From the human T2T-CHM13v2.0 reference genome, Homo sapiens: a stretch of 64,000 bases of DNA. The translations under genes were made by a program, and so were the position numbers. Of the stretch, positions 55,080 through 64,000 are shown piece after piece. The notes under the pieces were generated by a model. That model ran no database searches. It was given only the letters and a program-made list of their open reading frames with translations, and was not told where the DNA came from. How positions within the stretch are numbered: position 1 is the stretch's first letter; every line of letters starts with the position of its first letter. The stretch lies in the NCBI RefSeq assembly GCF_009914755.1, contig NC_060939.1. One strand, written 5' to 3'.

Positions 55080-55823
55080 TTCACCAGAAGTTCCCAAGGA
55101 ATTTGCTTCCACACATAGAAAATAATCGAGTCCGTTTTTTCTGAAAACTTGCTTTAAAGTCCAATTGTGGGGATTTGATGTAGATGGTTCCATTTTAACT
55201 TCTTCAGCCAGAGGAAATCTAAAAATTCTTCCTTCCAGCTCAACAGAGCAAATCCACCTACTGCTCTGCAAAAGGAGGACAAAGATCCTCCTGGGGCCGC
55301 AGAATTCAGCAGCTTTTCCTTGGATTCCTAGGACAACCAACAGCTGTGGGACACTAGGCCAAGCTTCAAAAGGCAGCCTGCCACCCATCGGACTCCCAGG
55401 CACCTGTGGAGTCCTAGGCGGTTGAGGAACTGGGGGAGGGCTTGGTTTCAACCTATTTGCCAAATCACCAGCAAAACAAGACATGTTCAAAAGAAACAAG
55501 TGCACATAAATAAGCCAGGGCTCTACTCCCCAGCCCATCAGGTCACCGGCCCAGCCCCTCAGTGTGCTGGTGAGCAGGACAATCAGAAAAGGCCTCTCTT
55601 CCTGGAATAACTAACAGTCTCTCACCATCCCCACTCCCACTGCCCGATGTGTCATGGGAAGTCTCTGAAATTCAGGTTTGGGAAATCAGTTGACATGAAC
55701 TACAGCATAATATTAGATGTCTGATTAAAATCATCAAGATGATACAAAGGTCTAATCGCAGAGGTGCTCTCCACTCCCAACCCCCACATCAAATGGAGCT
55801 TTCTCTCCTTCAAATCAGACTTC

Positions 55824-56120
55824 TTTTTTTTTTTTTGAGAGAGAGAAGTTCTCACTCTGTCACCCAGGGGAGGGCAGTGACACCCTCACAACTCACTGCA
55901 GCCTCAACCTCCTGGGCTTAAGCGATCCTCCCACCTCAGCCTCCCAAGTAGCTAGGACCACACCCGTGAGCCACCACATCTGGCTAATTTTTCTATTTTT
56001 TTGTAGAGGTGAGGTCTCCCTGTGTTGCCCAGGCTGATCTCAAACTCCTGGGCTTAAGCGATCCTCCCTCCTCAGCCTCACAAAGTGCTGGGATTACAGC
56101 ATGAACCACCGTGCCCAGCC
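55824..56120 (-). mobile_element. AluJ
   Basis: Antisense dimer flanked by cttcaaatcaga(c/t)ttct direct repeats. Confidence 0.92.
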
Positions 56121-59099
56121 TTCAAATCAGATTTCTAAGGAGCCTAACAAGCAGCAGGCCTTTCCAGTTACAGCGCATGGAAGTAACAAAGGCAGCCTCA
56201 GCCAGCATCCAGCGCAGTCCCAGCAGACAGGGATAATGAAGCGGACGTGGGCCTCACGGGAGGGAATACTGTCCCCCACCTCCACACCATGCTAGTGAGA
56301 AAAACAGACTGCCTGCAGCTCCAAAACATACAGCAACTTACCTATCAAACAGGGACCTCTGACGCTTCACATTATCACGTAAGAAATGTTTCTTGCCCAG
56401 CAGCCCCCAGAGGATGAACAGCTCCCTCCACCTGAAAGGGGAAGAGGGCCCAAGCTGCAGGCGCCCTGGCCTATCGAGGCCGTGGACAGGAGGCACCCGA
56501 ATGTCTCCCCAGACCCCACCCTGCTGCAGAGGCCTCTGCAGCCCATCACCCTGCAGCGCTGCTGTTCCCGCTGCTTCTTGGAGAACAGGGGCAATTTAAT
56601 CTACAAATCCTGTAAATCCTTGTTAAAAAAAAAAAAAAAAAAGAAGGGTAAAATAAAACGTCTGCAGTAGCAAGGCTGGGACTTGGCATCAGCTGCCACC
56701 TCCTACAGAACCCAGTGGGGAGTGGGCTCCAGAGCCTCCCCGTGATGCTGGCAGTGCCTCGGCCAGACACCTGCCCCCGCCACCCTCCTGCGTCCTCACT
56801 GCACCCCTCCCCACCCCATGTCACATCTTCTGCTCATACCTCCCCACACCCTCCTCTCGCCTCTGGATGCACCTCTCAACACGCCCCTGACCGCGTCTTC
56901 CTCCCATGCTCTGAACTGTCCACTAGGGAAGCCAGCTGCAGAAATCACTCTCCTAGAATTCACTTGGTAAAATATGTGTTGTTATTGGCCCACCTACTTT
57001 GCTCCCAACCCACAGCAAGGGCTCTCCAGGGCTACCAAGCCCCTAATGGTCAGGAACTGCCCCCCAACCCCCATCTCCAGCTCTGACCTACACAAACTAC
57101 ATAATCCTGCTGCCAAAAACTTGGCCCTCCCTATGCCCAGGGTGCCACACTCCAGGCTGGCCCTTCTGCCGAGAGGGCTCTTCTGGCCTGGGCTCTGAAT
57201 GGGCAAACCCACCCACTCTTCTAGGATGGGGTCCATGATCCACCCCAACCTACCGTGGGGCTCTCACATCTTCCAGACTGTGCCTCTCTAGGAGGGCCTT
57301 GGACCCAGAGCCAGAATGGGGCTCTGATGCCACTGCACATTCTCCAGCAACCCCTTCCATGCCCTTCCTCCTGATCCCACCCAGCTCTAAACTGGGAACA
57401 AGAAAGCTGGAATATAGTAGCTTCTCAGAAAATAACTACTGAGTACACGGCTGGATAGATGGACAGTGCTCCAGGCAAAGGGACTCGGGGGTAAGAAAAG
57501 TGAAGGGTACCTGCTCCCGGTTGTACCACTGCAGAGTCCTTGAGTGTCAAAGGACTGAGAGGTGAATGACGGGCAAGGTGAGACCTACCAGGTTAGTGTC
57601 CCGCACCCCTTTGTTTCCACTATTAGATTAAGCCACCCTATGTGACAGATAAAAGGAGCAACACATACAAGGAGTTAGGCCGGGGTTGCCAAAGTGAGGA
57701 GTGGGAATGCTGCCAGTCCAGGGGTCCCCCATGGCAGCTCCCCAAATGAAACCAAGACAAGTTGGAGATGAGGCTGCCTCTAGGTGTATCAAATCAACTG
57801 AAGTAGCACCAGTCCTCAGTGCTGATTAAGCACAGGCACGCCTGTGATCAAGAAGAAAACCATTACTTAATAAAATGCAGTTAATTTAGAAGCTGAAATC
57901 TGTGAAAGCTCAAGGGAAAGACACAATCAGGAGTTCTTGGTCTGGAGGGGCTTCTGCTCTCAAAGCTTCCAACCCAACACAGCACAAAGACGTCTTCCCC
58001 AACAACCGCACATCCCACCTGCAAAACGATGACACGCTCCTCTCCAGGTACCTGAACCTTAGGACTCAAAGGGTAGAGAAAGTTCACAGGCAGAATCTTC
58101 ACAATACATGCACAAAACAAAGGCACTTCTAGTAGGAGCTGTGGGTCAGGAAAACCTCGACTTCACCCAATGCCATTCCCGAGACAATCAGCCATCAATC
58201 TGACCCACTCAGTCCTGCCTCAGGGGCTCAGAATCTAGCAGTCAGGCCAGGTGGGAAGTGCAGGGACCTGTGGCCAAAATCGGCCCACTCATCACTCAGC
58301 TGACAGCTTTCACGCGTACTAGCCAGAATCAGTTAGAGGCTGGAGGTAGTGCCAGGTGTCTGAAACCCAGCAGGCAGGTTGGTAAAACACTCACACATCC
58401 TAACCCTGGTGACTGCACTGACTGCGTGCTTTACTGTAGCAGAACAGTTGCACACATCTCATCTCCTCCATCCATAGTAACTCAGTGGCTGGTGAGGAAT
58501 GGGACACAGACCTCCACGTGCCCTTCTCGGGATGAGTCAAGACAAACTCTGAGCAGTGACGCTCTACAGCTGGCTCACACGTGGAGGCAGAGCCTGGCTT
58601 CCCAGAGCTTCCAGTTCCTAACACACGCCTGGCCCCACTGCACCACACCCGTGACAGCTGCCACCAGCTCCGGATAATTCAGACAGATGCTAGAGCACAT
58701 GGCTCACTTATTACACCAAAAGACTGAGAAACAGAAACTGTGTTTTAATTGTACAATGCACACACTTGCTTCCAGAGAGACCTGAGAAATCCATCATCCC
58801 TAAATGCATGCGGTTACTCAACTAGTGGCTTTACTATTTTTGAAACAATGGATTTTTCCAAGACAGTTGATAATCAAACCAACTGCGGGAAACCATAAAC
58901 GATACTTGTTTATTAAATTAACAACACATACAACAGTTCAGAGGAATTCATATTTAGAGCTGCCTTGCTGGAGAATCAATTCCAGGAATGCCAAACCAAC
59001 CAAATGAAAAAAAATTATATATATATATATATATATATCTCACACACACACACTCGTGTCACTTAACGACAGGCATATATATGTATATATATATCACAC

Positions 59100-59640
59100 A
59101 CACACTCATGCGTCACTTAACGACAGGGATGTATTCTGAGAAATTTATCATTAGGCAATTTCATCATTGTGAGAACATCATAGAACATACGTTATACAAA
59201 CCTACTACAACACACTAGGTTATAGGGTACAGTCTACTGCTCCTAGGCTGCAAAGCTAGGCAGCATGTTACTGTGCTGAATGTGTGTATCTAAACATAGA
59301 AAAGGCACAACGTTAAAATATGCTATAAAAGATAAAACATGGTGCCCCTGTCTAGGGCACTTTCCATGAATGGACCTTCCATGAATGGAAGTTGCTCGGG
59401 TGAGTCAGTCCGTACACTAGTGCAGACTTTATAGACATTGTATACCTAGGCTACATTTTAAAAAAATATATTTTTATTTTTTAAATATTTTATATATTTT
59501 TTTAAAATAAAGTAACTGCACTACAACTTTACAACAATGTCACTAGGCAATAGGAATTTTTGAGCCCCATGATATTCTTATGGGACCTCTGTCATATATG
59601 CTATCATTCACCAAAACAATGTCATGTGATGCATGACAGT
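59100..59640. mobile_element. Tigger3/MER7-like DNA transposon relic
   Basis: ctcatgcgtcacttaacgacagggatgtattctgagaaat... start and ...gtcatgtgatgcatgacag end. Confidence 0.75.
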
Positions 59641-61371
59641 ACATATGTATCTCAACTGAAAATCCTAAATGTCAATAGTGTTCTCCGACTCACTATTTAC
59701 TAATAAGAGTTTCCTCAGAACTGTCTTTGCCTGAGAGTTTCACGACCAAACGTCTCTCTGCACAGTTGATTCTAGGGACAAGAAGTGCTAAGAATCCATG
59801 TTGGCTTCAAGTGCAAAATGGAAAACACCTTAGTGTCCCACCAACCACGTCAGCCACCTTCCTGGAGGGCTAGCTCCCAGACCCTTTTCCCATCGCTGTA
59901 TAGGGCCCACGTCATCTGTGGCATTTCCACGACTCTCCGATGCCAGCCATCAGTCTCTCGGCTTGTGTTGAAAATTAGCACCTTTACGTGCCCACCAGTG
60001 GTCATGAGTCCTAGTCATGCCCACCCTGTTAAAAACAAATCTGATACAAAATGGGCCCCAGCAGGAGACAGGGACAGAACACGGACCTCACACTCTCTCC
60101 AGCTCAGACTCAAAGGCCAGCACTGCCCCATCACAGCCGAGTGCTCTTAGGCAACCCACAGCTCAGCTACCTGTCCCCAGCCTCCTCGTTGCAAAGTTAA
60201 GACAAGACCTGCCTTCTAGATTTGTCGGGAAATTATTTAAAATGATAAACAAAGAGGGATGGAACTCAACACACAGAATTGCCCGATGATGTGTGTTTCA
60301 TTCCAGTGGTTTCGCCATCAAAACCATCTTTAAATGTTGGAGTGTTTCCGTTTCCAGACAACTAGAGATGAAAATATTTTCACAGTCACTCAACGCAGGT
60401 ACCTCAACCACGTATTTTTTCTCTTAATTTTGATCCTTGAAACACAAAACAACAGATGCACCACCTTACATTAAAACAGCCCTTTAGAGTTTAGAGTTTA
60501 TGACAGGCCGCCTCTGCATTCTCTCACTAGGCCGTAGCTGTAACTCACAAACCTGACCCTTAAAACTCCCAGGACAATAAGAGAAGCCACACCATGGAGC
60601 TCTTGCTGTCATAAAATATCTCGCATCAGTTCAATATCGCATCTCGTCTGTGCCTCAAAACAACCACAGGCAAGAGGCCTCACGCGGGTATTGCAGATGC
60701 TGAGAAAGACTCTCAAGCCAGAAGACTGGTCCTGGGCCCCAGGGATTAGTGGCAGGGCCAGGCTGGAACTGAGCTCCTGTTACTCCAAATCCCATCCTCT
60801 TTTCTGACCTCCCAGTCCCTTTCTCATAAAACCAAAGCATCTTCTCCAACCAGGCCAGGACACACGCAGGAGAGAGTCAGGCAGGAGGAGGCTTCTGAAG
60901 GGAAAGCAGAGTGGCTGAGAGCCCTGGGACAGAGTCTGACATTAGGTACAGGACAAGTTTGGAAAGATCCAGATGGAGCGGGAAGGGAATCTGGGCGTGG
61001 GGGTGCCTCCTTCCAAAGTGCATCCACATCCGAGGTGACTGCAGGGAGACGCAGCGCTGACTTTGGCAGCAGGGACCACCCGGGTGCAGAGAACCCAAAC
61101 AACTGAAAATCCAAAAAGGAATCTCAGTGCACAGTAAGAAAGCTCATTCTTTGGGCTGGTTACCTTCCCAAACACGTTCTCCTCTGGCCTATGTGAAACC
61201 GACGTTGCACTGTACAACTCTGAAGCTCTTTCTTGACTGCCCACTGAATGAGGGTCTGTGCTACATTCCAGGAGGATCTAAATGTGAACACAGCTAGGTT
61301 CCAGCTCTGGGACTCGGGAAAAGGAGGCACAGGCAGCAGGACATGTGCTGCAAGGAGACTACTGCTCCCGT

Positions 61372-61800
61372 GTTTCATTCACTCACTCATCCAACAACAG
61401 CACTAAGGCTCTGCTGTGTGCCAGGCACTTTTCTAGCTACTGGGGATCCAGAGGTGAACAAAGTCTTTTACAATTGAGTGGTAAGAGACTGACAATAAAC
61501 AAACAAGTATATAAATAACACACTGAATGTTGAGTACTAAGGAGAAACACAAAGCAAGGTTAACAAGAGAAGGGGAAGTAACGCTAATTTATGTAGGGCT
61601 GTCAGGGAGCCGGCAATAAGTGAGGGGCCGGCCAGGTGGGCATCTGGGGGTGGCTGATGCCAAGGGGGTGGGAACAGCAGGTGCAAAGGCCTGGAGGCAA
61701 GAGTGGCCTGGCAAATCCGAGGACCAAGGGATAAGATGAAAGAGCCTACATTCAGTTAGGATCTCCGGGATGGACATGGGCCAAGATGACAGGTGGGGAT
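61372..61800. mobile_element. L2 fragment
   Basis: ttcattcactcactcatccaacaa...tgtgccaggcact...gggaacagcaggtgcaaaggcctggagg. Confidence 0.7.
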
Positions 61801-64000
61801 GGGGTGGGGACAACCCAGGGCAGATCTGGGCAATGAGCCTGTCTGCCTGGAGCCAGGAGAGCCTGGAGGGGCCATTCTTGGGAGCGAGCGGGGGAACTTG
61901 AGAAAAATCAGGCCGAGACACATGGATGTGGAGGGAGCACTGGAAAGCCACTGAAGGCCTGGGCAATGGTGACACACCTGGCCTGGGCCAACTTGCAGAC
62001 TCAGGGGTACCCCACAGCCCAACCTGGGAAACCTCACAGCCGGCACAGAAATCATAAAGCACACAGCAATGGCACCCCACCAGTACGCAGGGTTCCACAT
62101 AGAGAGCCTGGCTGCATGATCTTGAGGTCACCTAACTCCCGGGCCTCCCTTGTGTGTCTGGACAGGGAGAGAGGGGAGGATTGGCTTCAGGAGAGGTGAG
62201 AAACGACAGTGCCCATGACAGCTGACTCAGCCTGTGCCAGCAGGCTGCTCTGAGACATGAGCTGGACCCAACCCAGGCGGTGGGCGGCAGGGGGGTGGGG
62301 AGGAACTCTGGGAAAGGAAGGAGCCAGAGAAGTCTCCCTGTGGGCGCTCGGGCCAACCACCACCCAAGGGAACAATGAGCACCCCCAGCCCCCGATGGGC
62401 ACACAGGCTGCCTCCTGGTGAGCAAGCGTCTCAAACCTGACCTACATCCGGGAGGCCTGCCTGGTCACCAGGGACTACCTTACACCCTACCTGTGCCTCC
62501 ACGTCCCCAGTGCTCACGGCCACCTGGCAAGGGTGAGGAACTGAGACTGCGTTGAGGACACACAGCCTGTGAGTGGTACAGCCAGGGCCGCTGCCCAGGC
62601 CCAGAGCTCTCTCCGTTTCTCTAAGGACCAGGCTGCAAGGCAGGGCATGTGATCTCTGCCGAAGACATTCAAGCCACCCAGTGATGTGTGCTGGGCCTCG
62701 ATCCCCACCGACCGCCAGTCCTCTCCTCCCCTGGACAGTAAAGGTTTCTCCAAGACTTCAGACGACGGTGTCACCTGAGGCCCTCACCTATTAAGTCACC
62801 GGGGCAGGTATGCATGGCAGAGGACACGGAGGAGTGCCGGAGAGGAGCTGAGGCCTGGAGGGGGCCTCTGCAGCCAGGCTCAACCCCCACTCTCCCCACT
62901 CCAACAGCCCTCACTGCAGCCACCGCGGCCCAATCCAAACAAAGCCCAGCCTGATGCCAATCTCACCATCAACTGTTTTTCCTCTGACTTCCTCAGTTTT
63001 GTCTAGGAAAAATCAAAGTGTCTTATCCCATCTCTAAGCTTCCAGGGGTGTGATCAGTGTCTTTTACAATTACCTTTTACTTTTATCCAGCATTTCTTAG
63101 CTCGGTTGGCAAACTGGATATTTATGCACCTGCATTTCACAATCCATCTCCACCGATTATTCCTGTAAAACATTTTTTTTTTTAAAGTTTAGAGTTACTT
63201 AAGAAGGTTATGTAAACAAGTTAACCAGCAAGCCACAACTTGGGTCTGCGGTGTCAGAGAAAACATGCAAGGTGCAAGAGAATGAGGAGCTGATGGTCAC
63301 CAGCTTTACCTCCTTCCAGCACCCACTCCTGCTCACACACACTCACACCCCGTGGGACTCAGCCTGCAGCTTCTCCCAGCCCAAGAGCCAGACAGTGGGG
63401 AGGAGCACAGACCACACTTCCTAACAAATGAGAGGGAAGACTTGGTGCCCCATTGCTACTGCCATCACCCAGTCCCAGCCCAGAGAGGGAGCCCACTCCA
63501 AGGGCCCCCCTGCCAGTACTGCTAGAGCCCACCGAGGGCTGCCAGCACACAGCTACGAGCTCCAGCTTTATCTACTCACGCCCTGGACACTGCCCGGAGC
63601 CCCAGCAGGTTCCACGTGTCCTTGTCACCCCAGCCCTCCTGCCCCGCGGATCCTAAGCTCAGGAGACCCTCTCCAGCCCAGGCTGTGGGGGAAGGCAGCC
63701 CCCACGGTCACCCAGGAATCAGCGCAGAGTGCAGGGCATCCTGGACTCCCCGGACTGGGAAACCCAGTTCCTGTCCCCCTGCGTAGTGGCCACACCTCTG
63801 GGAGGGGAGAAACCCCTGCCTCACCTCACTGGAGGGACCCTGACCCAGAGGCCTGAGAAAAAGCCACCGGCAGGCTCCTGGCACCTGCCAACCTGCACCT
63901 TAGGAAAACTTGTCCCACTTCAACCTGCAAAGCTCTCAGGTCATTACTTCTAAAACCACTGTCCTTTCTGAAACAGGAAGGAAAATAGAAAAACAAACAA

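Overview
Primate (human or great-ape) genomic DNA, not microbial. It matches the chromosome 15q14 GOLGA8A/GOLGA8B segmental-duplication locus. From left to right: a deleted HERV-H provirus with its 3' LTR7, followed by MER4- and MER41-type LTR sequence (1-6240); an Alu-marked junction into the GOLGA core duplicon; an intact minus-strand golgin-A8 (golgin-67) gene with 16-17 coding exons (9147-17425) hosting the miR-1233 mirtron; a minus-strand unprocessed UBE2Q2 pseudogene fragment (four recognisable exons, 26367-32783); an old MT-CO3/tRNA-Gly NUMT; a plus-strand duplicate of the large first coding exon of APBA2 (Mint2/X11-beta) that still holds an open 309-codon frame behind a triplicated start-codon region; and about 25 kb of repeat-rich sequence with a few candidate minus-strand non-coding exons whose parent locus I could not identify. 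I found no wholly new system. The most notable observations are the self-contained APBA2 N-terminal ORF with three staggered ATGs, a pair of compensating frameshifts that rewrote part of the golgin tail around a stop codon, and UBE2Q2 exons co-oriented upstream of GOLGA8. Comparisons with parent genes rely on recalled sequences and need confirming by alignment; repeat boundaries are approximate.
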